DNA from: Girardia tigrina | Lineage: Eukaryota | Direction of reading: 5' to 3' | Assembly (NCBI GenBank): GCA_001938485.1 | Contig: MQRK01223329.1 | Span: 1 to 53,642 of the forward strand | DNA length: 53,642 nucleotides | In this document: positions 1-12,759 of the stretch, one piece after another | Layout: each line of letters opens with the position of its first letter | Numbering within the stretch: the stretch's first letter is position 1 | Notes under the pieces: generated by a model | Databases searched by the model: none | The model's input: only the letters and a program-made list of their open reading frames with translations | Told to the model about the DNA's origin: nothing | Translations under genes and position numbers: made by a program

Positions 1-53
1 CGGATTATGAAGTTTCCGGATTATTGAGGTTCGGATTAATGGGGGTTGACTGT
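1..53. mobile_element. Right terminal remnant of a pogo/Tigger-like DNA transposon
   Basis: Repeated CGGATTA motif ending ...GGGGGTTGACTG followed by a TA tract; reverse complement starts CAGTCAACCCCC, typical of a pogo/Tigger TIR. The partner TIR lies outside the window. Confidence 0.5.
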
Positions 54-1498
54 ATATATATATATATATACGTATTTACGAGAAACATATGAATGAGATA
101 AGGTTAAAGTAAATTTAGAAAAATCCAATATTTGAGTATGTAAATCATTTCTTCATAATTAAATTATATTGCTTTTTCGATGCAACAAATCTCAAAAAAT
201 AGGTAAAATTAAATTATCACTGAAATTATTATAAAAATGAAAATAAATTTGATTTTGAGAATAGCGTCGATTAGGATTATGTAAATTCTATGATGAAATA
301 GACAAGTGTATCGCGAGGAAAATTTAGTTTCGACAATAATCAATCTCTTGAAATTAAAGATGTTAAGTAATGAAAAGTGTAATAAGTTCTCAAAAGATAC
401 TGTATTTAAAATAGTTTCATGACAATTGCGAAAAGATAATTGCGTACATAAAATTTATAACTTAAAAATGGAATAGTTTATATCATGAAATAGACCGTAA
501 CCCGAATCCATAGCCATAACTCTAACCCTAATAATAACTTTAACCCTAAAACCTTACAGATTGAATTCAATGGATACAATATCGAGGGGGACAAACTCAA
601 GTATCTGAGGAAATCGGTAATTAAATTAATCAATTATTTTTATTAAAAATTTTAATTAAATTAATTTTATCAATAATTTTCTATAAATGATTAATGAATC
701 TTTTTTTCTTTTGTTTTTCAGCTTGTGATTAAGATAATATAATTAACTGTTAATTAAACAGAATGTGTGAAATACTTGAATTGTATATGGATGTCACCAT
801 TTAATTCAAAACCATCAATAATTTCATAATAATTTAATAATCTCTAAAAAAATTTTATGTATTCAATTGTCTTTCCGCAATTATCTGATCACCATTTAAA
901 ATAGAAGAATAAAAAACATATTTATATAGAAAAAAAGATTAAATGATTGAAATTATAAACACAACAAATATTTTATCTTCCGTTCGATTTGTTTTAAATA
1001 TTTGGTACTTAAAAAATAAAAACTACAATAATTCCAAATAGTTATTTAAAAAGACACATATTACTGACTTTACTAAAAACGACTGCAAAAAATTAACAAT
1101 TTTCAGTTATTTGATGGTTTGTCGAAATTTTAACGAATATGCTGCAAATTTATCTAATTAACGAGAATTAATAAAAATATTTAAACATTTCTTTCGATGT
1201 GTACAAACATTCTTCAAGATATCAATAATCATATCTGAATAACAAATATTTAATTAACATGCATCTTACTTGCATTCTTTTATTGTAGAAGGATATATCT
1301 GTATATTCATGATAAGCAATTCATTAAGCAATAATCTCAGTTGATAACAAACAAAATTCCATGTATTTATTTCAAAAATTTCAATTTTAATTAAAAAATT
1401 ATTTTATGATTAATATAAATAAATGGTAATCATATTTATTTAAGAATAATTATTCCATTCTTTTTATTAGCTTACTTTCTATAAAGGTATATATATGT

Positions 1499-1592
1499 AT
1501 CCATGGAATTTAGAAACCTGTTTTTGAAGGCTTTTTATTCAATCGATTTTCTTCAATCTTTGCGCACTTGCTCATTCTCGATGACAATAAAT
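1499..1592 (+). repeat. Dispersed repeat (second copy at about 29329-29420), probably a non-autonomous TE
   Basis: TCCATGGAATTTAGAAACCT(G/A)TTTTTGAAG...CGATGACAATAAAT shared with diverged identity; flanking TATTAGCTTACTTTCT also shared. Confidence 0.75.
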
Positions 1593-2025
1593 GATTTTGT
1601 AAAAATTTGATCGAAAAAAACTTTTTAAGATCCCAAAATGAGAAAAAACGGCAAATTCGGAGTTCCCGAACAATATTAATTGCAAGATATCTACTTATAA
1701 ATTATAAGTAGTTTATATTAATTTTTAATGTGTTTTTTAATTAAAATTTTTTAAATTTTAAAAAAATATTGTTGACAAAGTAGAGTTCTGTCTACATAGA
1801 GAATGGATATCAAAAATTAAATTTTTTGATTTACTATTTTTTTTATTAAATTACAACTTTTAAGTCAGTAAAATGTTTCTTAATTAAAAAATGAATTCTC
1901 GACTCTTAATATAAACATAAAATCTCCACCAACTTTGTTTTAATAAATGTATTAAACAATTGAAATTCGAAAATAATATTTAATTATGGAAATAAAACAT
2001 GGTTGGTAAATTAATTCTTTTTTAG

Positions 2026-5000
2026 ATGTTAAACGCTTTCATTTCATTAGCTATCATTTGCGTTTTATTACTGGTGGCCTCTTGCAAATGTCACATTTTC
2101 GATGTCAACTTCGAAACACCATTTCCGATTTTCGAAAACGAGAGTATCGACATCAGATTTATATCAAATGGAAGCGAAATTCAAAAATCTAAATGGATTG
2201 TTATAAGAATAATGGACGAGGAGGCAGAAAAACACAGTTTTGCATTTAATCCGTATTATGAAACCAGCAGAATGGAAAAAGAAGCGAACCAGGCTTATTT
2301 CAAGATTAAAAGCTTCAAAATCGATGATGATAGCGATGTAATTTTAACTCTCAGTTTCTTAAGACAATCAAACAACAAGGATTTCGAAGTCTTTTTCATT
2401 CCAACAGCGACTGATGCGGAATCCACTGAGTTACTGAACAATCTTAATCATTATCCCCATTATAAAATGTCAACGATAAAGATTTCTCTAAAACTGAATT
2501 GGAATTTTGTTTTCTCTCAACAAGTAAATAATTCAGTCACCGGGGGACTGTTAAACGGGTTGACGGGTTCGATAAAATGCCAAGCAGTGAACGGAACGCC
2601 ATTCGCCCCTGTTAAGATTCTAGGACTGGAGTATCTTTCAGTTATTACTCGATCCTACAGTTACGAAACAAATACGGACAGCGCCGAAATCAAGGCGAGC
2701 TTGGCTGATCATAATAGGCCAATTTTTTGTCGGGCTAATGGAGAAATTCACTATGAACAATTAAGAGTTTATCGTAATAATTTTTATTTCAATAAAATTC
2801 TAATTAAAAAAATGTCGATTAAACACATTTATTAATGGATAATTAATATTTATAACGAATACTGCATTTATAATTGATTTATATTATTAAATATCTTTGA
2901 AGTGTTAAGTATTGTGAAATAGTAAGTATGCGGTAAAAAATTATTTTTTAATTAAAAGAAATGCATTACCGTAATGGCGATGACGTAACAGCGCAGTGTA
3001 GATTAGCTATGATTGATATCGACATACAATTGCAGATGAATCATCCAAATTGGCACTTGAACCGGAAATTTATGGATTTGTGCTAAACGACTCGCAAATA
3101 AACTGCCGTGCTGGAAATGGTTATCCGGAGCCGATCACATATTGGAAATATGTATCTGGTCCGATGAACGCCACCGAATTTTATAATATAACTCGCGAAA
3201 CATTGTTTATCAGTAAATTAGCACCAAAAGGATCAAAGTGGCGGTTTGTCTGTATGTCGACATATGCGAATGTGTCTCAACCGCTCGGAATCCGATATGA
3301 ACAAGATTTATTAATGGATGTGCGATTTGAGATCGGTGGTAAGTTTAGATAAAATAACATAAATTAACATTTATTTTATTTTATAAATTATACTATAAAT
3401 ACATATTCCACAGAAGATTAACGTTATTCCCGAGAAAAAGTTATTCGAAAAATATTATGCAAACATTTACCATAAAAATCTGCAGTATATAAGACATTTG
3501 CTGACTATTTTATTTAACATCCTGAAAATCCTGACTTTATGTAAAGGTTTTATTTCAATAAAAATAATCGCATCTACCTTAAATTCTAAAAAGAGAGTAA
3601 AAAATCTTTCTTCAAAATCATATTTGATTAACTAATAGATAGTCACCATTGTAATCAAATGTTGTTTGCTATTTTTCGGTCAGGACATGATGTAATTCCT
3701 ATAGAAAGATCTGGATTCTGATGCCACGAAGTTCACGAACCACTGATTAAACTCATTATAATTGTCAACACCTAATGACACTAGTCGTTGCTCATGGGAA
3801 TGAGTAAATTAAAGTCAGATGGCGCCATATTTGAACTTTATGTGTCTGAATAAGACATTCCAAACCCTACTCGAAAAGCTTTTGATGGATGAGGATAACA
3901 GCATTTTGCCTGGTCTTATCTTGTAAAAATCGAACTGACCCGGATTTGAAGGATTAGGTGGTTGTACTAGACCGCAGTTGTAATATGAGTATATGAACGA
4001 AGCTATTCAAGCATAATTATCCCCTAGCAGATCCTGCAAACCTAAATTATCTGCTAGCATCAGATGTTAAGAGAAGAACAATCGATATCTGAAAATAATC
4101 TTATACCTAAAAAACATACAGTGAACTTTCAAATACGAATCTCATTAGTTCTATAAACATTCTTCTGACAAAAAAGTGGTATTTCCAGATTTTTATAAAT
4201 TTCAAAGAGAATTTTTAACGATCAGGTGTATGACTAGATTAAAATAAATAATAATGTTCAGTTATTTTTATATTGAACTATAAGTCATACCATTGAAAAA
4301 ATCTAAAAAAGATATTTATCTGCACATGGTTGAATTTTCTAAATTTAAGCAAAACAAGTGCTTTCTGGGTTAAATTTCAATTTCATATAGTCTTAATGAG
4401 CTTCCATATACAAAGTCATTTCTTCTCTGCCGTGATCGTCGGCGAAATCTCAACAACCATAATTCAATGCCAAAAAGCTCTATATTCACTGTTTATTGCA
4501 TATATATATATAAGTTTATTTTTCGATTAACCCTTCCTGCACCATGCTGTGTAACATGTACACATTGCTTCTAATAACTTTTATCTCTGAGTTATTTTTG
4601 ATAATTTACAGTCGATGATCGATATTTTTCATGAATTTAGCAGATAAATTTCATTTATTATCATATATTGACTTCTACCATAAGCCACGTCAATGAATAT
4701 TTCTATTTATATCGATTAAAAACCATTCGCTTCTGAATGTGTGGCTACTACACAGCACGGTAAATAAATTTAAGAATAATTGCACTCGTTTAAAAGATTG
4801 ACATCTTACGATTCTAGGGCGTGTATTTTTCTGTTACGACTCATCATGACAGTCACCAAATAAATGCTAAGCAATTCGATGCTCAAGAATAGATATAAAA
4901 ACTTAATTACTCCAGCTATTATAAAAAATCTCTTAATTTATTGAACTATTAATTTTTCATGTTTAATAAACTTATTTCATCACACTCTTTAAAGGATACA

Positions 5001-7633
5001 TAAAGTGCGATTGAATAAAAAGCTCTTGGCAGATATTAAAGTAATTTTAACATCTTTAGTTTTTCTTCAATAATTTAAATTATTTTAACACATTGAGTAC
5101 GATATGACCCACCGGTATGTCGTTGCTGATTTCCATCTGATGCGAAACGATCCACGGGCGGGTCGTTTAAAATAATACGGTATAAAAATGACAATAATAC
5201 AAACTTTTGGGGTTCTTTTAAATATTCCGTATTATTTTTATAAACGACCCGCCCGTGGGTCGTTTCGCAGCAGATGGAAATCAGCAACGACCCACCAGTG
5301 GGTCGAATGATGGAGTCAACGTGTTAATACACCAAGTAACAAGAAAAGATAACATAAAAAATTGAATGAAGGAATAAAAATGTTCTTATATAAACTCCAG
5401 TTAGAAAATATACAATATATTTTTTATTTCCAAAACGATTTACCTTTTATAAATGGTTATATTTTATGGTTGGGGTAATAAAGTAACCATAAAACAATTT
5501 TTTATTTATTTTTAAAACTTTTTAAAATTCATGAGTCATAATTTACAATATAATTTTTTATAATAATAAGTGAAGATAAATCCAAGAAAAGTTTTTAAAT
5601 TATTTTAGAAGTTCTTTGGATAAAGACATAAGAACGCAATTATTATGACGTTAATATGCGAATTCTCTACAATCGACTAATAACAGATGTGAAACCGTTA
5701 ATAGTTTATCCCATGATACATCCATTGAAGATCCAGAATAATTCTTTGTGCGAAATAATTACCGCTAGAAAGGAAATGGGCCAATATGGCCGGTTTATGT
5801 TTCCGATGGGGCTAAAAAATAAAATCTCATCAATCTGATAGAAAATATATGAGTTGAATCTTAGATTCATGAATTTCCAATTTTGAGAGGTTTGGCAAAA
5901 CGGGACTGTATTTATATGATTAGTAGAGATCCAATGATGACTGTTAGTAATTATAAATAATAACTATTAATTTTATTTGTAAACTTCGTTAGGACTAAAA
6001 CATGAGAAAAAAACTTATTTCTAATTAAAATTGATGAATCGAAGTTTTAATTTTCTATTTTTTATCTATCATGTAAAAATACTATATGATACAGGATTTC
6101 CACTTTGAAATGTGAATTTTTTCATTTTGAAGTGTGAATATTTCCACTTTGAAGTGTGAAAACTTTATAAATAAATTTACTACTAATATATTGAAAATAA
6201 TTTAATAAATATAGGCTTTTAACACATCTTGTTTTAATATATATTTAAATTTTTGTTATTTAAATATTATAAGTGTTTTTTATTTAACAATTTTTTTATG
6301 TTTTTATATAACTTTTTCATCTTTTTAATTTTCACACTTCAAAATGAAAAAAATCACATTTCAAAGTGGAAACCCTGTACGAAAAATAATACAATTGTAC
6401 TTTATTGATTTTATTAAGGGTACACCAGATTAATTACAACCGAATTTATAAAAAAAGCAGAGCTATGAAATGACATAAAATGGAAACTGTTAAGGCTAGG
6501 GTTAGGGTTCAGGACACCATTTTCACTGAACATAATTGATATACATTGAAATATGCTGCAATTAATTTGGAACAACTTTTACCTATTATAACGAAACTTA
6601 AAAATTCCTATTTCATAGTCGCCATTATTAGTTATTTTGCTAAAATAGTTTGTTAAAAATTCAAAATATTAGATGGGTTTAAAATATTTAAATAAAACCA
6701 CGAGAGACTTTGATTTTAACTTAGCAGGGAAAACGTAACCACAATCTTCTGAAGATTTTCATACACAAATTCTTGAATGTTTTCGTCCACATCTGATTCG
6801 GTCAAATCGGTTTAAAAATGTTTCCTATTTGCATAGTATAGTTATTATCTCGTGTATTAACGTATGTACTTAAATAATGTCCTTTTATGATGAAAAGCTA
6901 AAAACTAAAATAAAATTTACAATAATGATTTATTTTGCTTTCTTTTTCCTTTATTTACTTTTTAATTTTGATTAATAATTTTACTTTCAAGCTTCCTATA
7001 ATTATTTTTTCAATTAGTTTCTCTCATTGATTTCATAAATACTCACTTATTCTCTATAAATATATAAATATATTTATTATAATATTGTAAGAATTTTGTT
7101 CGTAATCAAAACAAATTATATTAAAAATAAAATCTTTTGTAGCAAAAGAATGCAATTGATAATCTTAGGCCAACAATACACTATTGTCTTAGACTAGAAT
7201 AAGAAACTGAGAAAAAACCGTTGTGTTATCTAATAAAAATTATATAATGAATGGCAGATAACTTAAAATTTTCGGACTACATGCGACTATTAATACACTA
7301 TACTTTTTATTCTCGAATACACAATCTTAAAAAATATTAATTATTATAATGATAAACATAATACATCAAAACCTATTCTAGAATCTCCAGTCAATTTACA
7401 GATAACTATCACCACTGTGAGTGTCTGTGCAGTTGTTCTTACCATTGCGGTCTTAGTTACTGTTCTAATAATACGAAGACGTAGAGCTCGTCGTTATGCA
7501 CCCAACGAAACCAAATATCAGGTAATATAAATTACTAAATTATATTAATATAATTTTGTGGTAGATATGCAAGAATTCAAAACAACACCAGAATGAAAAA
7601 TCAGACATATTTTATCCAGTCAACGCAGTCTAA
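2026..7633 (+). CDS. Type I single-pass Ig-superfamily cell-surface/adhesion protein, about 419 aa; join(2026..2773,3036..3338,7382..7521,7565..7633)
   Basis: Signal peptide MLNAFISLAIICVLLLVASC; Ig-like motifs (CQAVNGTP...IFC; CRAGNGYPEPITYW...FVC). All three introns are GT-AG with matching phases (1,1,0). Exon 3 encodes a TM helix (VSVCAVVLTIAVLVTVLII) followed by stop-transfer RRRRARR; exon 4 ends ...DIFYPVNAV-TAA. Confidence 0.85.
3630..4075 (-). mobile_element. Degenerate mariner transposase remnant (intronic)
   Basis: Minus-strand translation gives SSNMAPSDFNLL.PMSN (the YSPDLAPSDF motif) and NQWFVNFVAS..RSFYRN; many stops and frameshifts. Confidence 0.65.
4531..4769. mobile_element. 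Degenerate piggyBac-like MITE
   Basis: TTAA-CCCTT left end; inverted pair CCATGCTGTGTAACATGTACACATT / AATGTGTGGCTACTACACAGCACGG; TTAA at 4770-4773. Confidence 0.55.
5089..5323. mobile_element. piggyBac-family MITE (fold-back), 235 bp
   Basis: TTAA TSD on both sides (5085-5088, 5324-5327); CAC...GTG termini; inverted arms of about 95 bp (GTCGTTGCTGATTTCCATCTG.TGCGAAACGA.CCACGGGCGGGTCGTTTA). Confidence 0.85.
6092..6377. mobile_element. Tc1/mariner-type MITE
   Basis: TA-CAGGATTTCCACTTTGAAATGTGA...TCACATTTCAAAGTGGAAACCCTG-TA; TIRs of about 45 bp and TA TSD. Confidence 0.85.
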
Positions 7634-8247
7634 TTAGTTATGGTTTTCATTTTGCATTTATACCGGGAATAAATTTTTTAAAAAATTCAATTCCACAAGA
7701 TCACTAAGACTAGTTTGTTAAAGACAACATTGTAAATTTCTGAAATAAATATTAAGAACAGTTCTTTAGTTGATTTAAGATTTTAATAAATTAAATATAA
7801 TTACTTTGTACTGCTACTTAGAATACATTTTTAGAATAGAATACATTTGTGCAGCTTGTTTCAGCAGTGTGTTCAGGCAAGCACTGAAGAATATTGTTGG
7901 AAGCTTAATTTAAAATTCCAATTATTATATATTGCATTGTTATTGAAAATTTCCAAATTTCTTTCCTATCGCGACAAATTCTAATCGAAATCTATTATAC
8001 CACTGAAAAAATGCTGATCATTTTATTGCGTTGTTCGATAATATATATTTGATTAGTTTTAAAAAAATGAATTAAATAAAGAAAAAATTTTAATAATACT
8101 TAATTTTCCTAAATAATTTATTGGAATACCAATTTTAATCATATTAAAATATTTTAATAAATTATCTTTCCATAATTTATCACCAGAAGTAACATATTTT
8201 CTGACTGTTTTTTCATCTTGACCAGAAGCTGCATTCATATATATATA

Positions 8248-9818
8248 TAGTCCACGACAGATTAATTGCATCAAGCAAAATCACAATCGTTTCTTACTTA
8301 ATTACAAGTAAAAGAACATTAACTACAGAGATAACGAAAAACACTACTGAACTACAAAAATACAAAGATCATGTGCAGAGGCGGCTACTTAAGCCCATCC
8401 GCCAAACGGCCACACACTCGCACATATATATTACGTATATACAGTATATACACATACAAGCTTAAACACATCGGCGTTACACAATGATGACTCATGACAA
8501 TGGAGGGAGCACAGTGCTCTTTTGACTCTGTGCGTCATTAACTACCTACATCACTGTACTGATGGCTGATACCTCGAGAGCTCAGAGAGAACGCGTGATA
8601 GCCCTTAGTCTACACACTACAAAAAAGCACAGAGAGATTGTCACAGATTTCGGAATGTGCCAGTCAACAGTCACTCGTATCATCAACCACTAAAAGTGCA
8701 CTTGCTCTGTGGAAACCCCACGAAAGGGTAAATGTGGAACTTTAGCAAAAGTGAAGGAGGGGGGCAAACGCTACATCATTCGTGAAAGTGTTAAGGATCC
8801 ACGAAATACGGCCTCCGAAATCAAAAAGTCTGCTGGCACGTCAGCCGCACATGTCAGCCTTCGAACCATTCAACGTATTCTGAAGAATGGCGCAGACGCT
8901 GTTATCGTCCATGAAAGGTGCACAAACTTGACCCGGCAAAGAAGGAGAGGCGCTAGAATTGGGCCAAACGACATGTAAAAATACCTCAGGAAGAATGAAA
9001 TAAGGTAAGATAATGGGAAGCTAGTAAACTTCTTTGTTTCACCCATTTTTATTTGTCTTTGCCTATTTTTCTCCATTTCTAAGGTTATCTTTACCGACGA
9101 AGCAATGGTTGAGGTGGGTCAACTGCGAGTGTAGTACGTACGCCGCAGCAAGGGAGAAATTCCTCGGGACGAGCACTTCGATCCTCACAACGGTTACGTA
9201 TTCAAACTGATGTTTTGGGGAGCCATCACCATCTTCGACATTGAGTGTTTAGTTCCTGTCGATGGGACTATGAATGCTTAAAAATATATCGACATTTTGC
9301 AGACGCATCTGATACCACTGGCTGATACCCTCTTCGGTACCACCCCATGGAAACTGTTACAGGATGGTGCCTGGTGCCACACTACTGCAACTACCAAGGT
9401 TTATATGGAGCAACAAGGAATACAGTGTGTCGACTGGTGTTTCATACTCTCCGGATATGAACCCGATGGAAAACGCTTGGATCGTGTTTAAGCAAAAATT
9501 GTACCGCCAAGGCAGTGGCAACTCCAGACAACAGGTAATTGAGAGAGCACAACAAATCTGGCATAATGACATTGAGTTGAGACATGTTGCCAGAAACTGT
9601 GTGCTTTACATGGAGTCGCGTGTCAGCGCTCTCAAGAACAGCAAAGGTGGCCACACCCATTACTAACACGTGTACATGTGTAGTGTGTTCTTTGATGTAG
9701 AGTACATGCAGATTGTTTACAATTATATCTTTTTTGGACTGGTGTATTGCACTTTTTCTGTCAACATGCGATAAATATCAATATTTTATCCTTGATTCAA
9801 TTAATCTGTCGCGGACTG
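8248..9818 (+). mobile_element. Full-length decayed Tc1-like (DD34E) DNA transposon
   Basis: 28-bp TIRs, 25/28 identical (CAGTCCGCGACAGATTAATTGAATCAAG), inserted in (TA)n; transposase motifs VIFTDEA, LLQDGAWCH and SPDMNPMENAW with D-34-E spacing after one frameshift repair. Confidence 0.92.
8562..9666 (+). pseudogene. Tc1 transposase pseudogene with a 79-nt intron (9005..9083)
   Basis: MADTSRAQRERVIAL... HTH start; several in-frame stops and frameshifts; removing GTAAGA...TTTCTAAG joins EE(W*)NK|VIFTDEA in frame. Confidence 0.85.
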
Positions 9819-10289
9819 TATATATATACCAAAGTGGACAATTATTGCCAATGTATAACATCCACTTATATTTCTGCAATAATCAATATATATTTTCTGG
9901 AAGGTTTCGTCCGCTGATTGCTTTATGTACTTTTCTTTCGTTCTTGTTATTAGAGTCTTCCTATTTTTTATAATTTAGGCAACTTTTCTTTTTTATCTTT
10001 CTTTCATATCTTCCATGTCGAAATCATTTCTGAGTTAGTTATAGACCTTTTTACTACCTTCATGATATAATAGATATTACATTTTCTTCAATAAAATATG
10101 TTCGTTTGGTTTTTGAGTTCCCTTATTTATTATCTAGAGTTATGACGATATCATGCTTTAGTGTCAATTCTCGTGTCCTGTGTCCTTTATTATCTGATTT
10201 ATTTAATTATTATTCTTTTGCGATATTATTTTCGAATCACCGCTCGAACCTGATTTTGGTGTCAAATTATAATTATATACCATATCTAG

Positions 10290-12620
10290 CATGTCGCCTC
10301 CAGATCTCACCGCCTTATCCACTATCTGCGGTTTCGGCTTCGCCACACTAACTTCCTCTTCACGATCCATATCGTTACCACTCACAGTTACCACTTTTTA
10401 TCACCATCACACCAATACACGCCCACGTTACATACATCCTCCATTCTCGACAACTCCATTTCGATTTGGAAAGTTACACTCCAAGTTACCGTAATGTGAA
10501 CCTTGTGTAACTTCCTGATACCATCAAGACCAATAAGCAGCTCGCACCCTGTTACTCGTTCACAATTACACAATTCAACACTATCTGAATTCCACGGATA
10601 TTTACACTTACATCACACATTTCTGGGAAACGGACAACTCGGTACTATACTTTTTGCACTTCTTTCCATTCCATAAGTGTAGTAATACCGGTAGTGCTGC
10701 GGAACGAAACAAAGGAAAAGCCTAAAGAAATAAGAATTTCAGTTGGCCAAATAATTTCAGATTGTGTTTTAGGTAAATTTCCATCACGAGATACAATGAG
10801 AAAATTGATAAACCGAACTTGTGCCAAAAAATATACCAATACCTTGTAACGAGACAGGAATTAGTTAATCTTATAAATTATGATGGTTCGTTTTTGCTCC
10901 GTCCATCTTCAATCAAATTTCGGATGATTAAAAAATTATGACCACAATTTAATCCAGATACAGTAAATGTGGATTTTTAAATTGGTGTACATCAGGCTTT
11001 ACGTACTGAATTCCCTGGTGTTATTTCTTTTATCTCATTCAAAATTTCTGCAAATATCTTTCTGAAGTTCAACTTTTTTAACTGTTATAATATTGATGCA
11101 AATTTTGCATTAAAAGCTTGTATGATAACGTCCATTGCTTTTGATCCAGATGTAGATAATGAATATGCACTGACCGTTCTTGATGACTATCGACCTCCAG
11201 AATTAGTCAGTCATAAGTTGGTTTACCAACACATATGTTTGACTTCAACTCTTTATTCATTTGAAGCTTGGACGGTTTATCATAGTACCTTAATTCGGTC
11301 TGATACATATTTCTTGAAGGTTACCTTAGAAAATTACAGCTAGGATATTGTATCAGTCATCCAGTAATATGAAAATTTATTAGTCACTTGCAAAAGATGC
11401 AAAAGACATTTGACGCAGATTACGAATGTTTCCTCGCTAGATATGAAGCCCCACGTAAACGACGATGATATGAGGAAGCAGACCAGCGTATTCTCAATAA
11501 AATAAGGAACTATGAACGTGAGAACGTACTCAAGTTTTTGCGTGGCATATCTCATAATGTTCATATGGACTAAATAATTTTTGAGTTTAATAAAATTCTT
11601 CATATAAATATTGTTCTCATTTTTTTCCAAACAATTTAAAATTTTATATATCCCAGTGGAAAGTTGTCCTGTACACCACATTTCTGCACACTCGTTCCGT
11701 TCAACATTACAATATGCACGTTAGCTTTATTAAGTTTACAAGAGTTCACCTGTTTCCGATCTACAATCGACATACTACTGCAAGAATCCACAAACATCCG
11801 CACAATTTGATTATTCAGTCAAACATCAAACCCGGGCAACTGTGCACATTGATATCGAAAGACAGCTGCGCATAACTGCCTTTCCATTGCTCATTTTTTT
11901 GGTTGCATTTCACATTTATGTGGACACTGATTCACCACATGGCTCCCATCTTTGTAGATAAAGCACCTCCAAGATGCAGCTTTGCAAAATCGAGCTGTGT
12001 CCCGTTTTGTTACACTTGAAACACCTCCTTTCTGCTCGACGACCGCTATAATTTGTTCTGTTGGCCAGTTCTCCTTCGCCCTTATTCGCCCGGTTTTCAA
12101 AATCACTGTGATGCCCCCTTTACTGATATTGTCCCACCATACACGGATCCGATTTAATCATCGCTCGTGCCATTGTGATAATATCAGATAACTGCCGCTC
12201 CTCCACCGAGCAGGCCGACTTTATTTGCTGCTGAACTGGGTCTTGAAGTCCCAATATAACGGCGCTCTTCAGCCACTCATCGCTAGCATTACAAATATAT
12301 TAAACGTACCAGTTGTTTTACATTGGCCGCGAATACATCTATGGACCAGTCTTCTGTAACATAATTCCCCGAATGGCGCAACTCGGTCGATGCAGAACGC
12401 CTTTTCTAATGCGCGTTTGATCTCCATATACTATTTCTTCACTCCATCCGCCAGGCAGTCATACGCGACGAAACCTGCACTAGAAAGGAACAGCTGCATT
12501 ACCGATTCCAAATTCTCTAACTTCTATAGACGGTCCACCAATTCGAATTTGGAAATCCACTCCGCGAAGTCGGTGGTACCGCTATACCCACTGATAAAAT
12601 CCCAAATGTGATCATTTGGA
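10290..12620 (-). mobile_element. Ty3/gypsy LTR retrotransposon gag-protease fragment, interrupted by a MULE
   Basis: Gag DFAEWISKFELV..L...LESVMQLFLS; degenerate zinc knuckle CFIYKDGSHVVNQCP; protease-like VDSCSSMSIV and ELLIGLDGIRKL on either side of the insertion. Confidence 0.8.
10626..11677 (+). mobile_element. Internally deleted Mutator-like element (MULE)
   Basis: Perfect 9-bp TSD ACATTTCTG (10617-10625, 11678-11686); GG...GGACAACT termini; MULE transposase remnants FNPDTVNVDF*IGVHQALRTEFP, NFALKACMITSIAF, HPVI*KFISHL...FLRGISHN. Confidence 0.85.
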
Positions 12621-12759
12621 TGGATAATCATATTTTGGATTATATTTTTTTGTAATATTCTTTACATAAATTAAGTTATAAAATATAATATTTATATCAT
12701 ACATATATAACCTATTTAGTTAAAAAAGGTAATCTTACTAAATAACAATCCTCGATTTT

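Noticed and set aside
495-555. Telomere-like (CCCTAA/TTAGGG) units, also at about 6490-6510
   Set aside because: Only 2-4 degenerate copies, internal; more likely TE-associated than telomeric or healing sites.
5620-5840. Possible Helitron PIF1 helicase remnant
   Set aside because: Only vague similarity; no helicase motif recoverable.
8059-8274. ORF with KYFNMIKIGIP resembling WASHC3/CCDC53 or a LINE RT
   Set aside because: Too short and AT-biased to assign, and it overlaps the Tc1 TIR.
8290-8482. Possible solo LTR inside the Tc1 5' region (reverse strand starts TGTAAC)
   Set aside because: No matching CA end, TSD or second copy found.
8562-9666. TAA/TAG at Gln-expected positions in the Tc1 transposase, hinting at a ciliate-type genetic code
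   Set aside because: Other stops fall at Tyr- and Trp-expected positions, and intact genes end in TAA; ordinary decay explains it.
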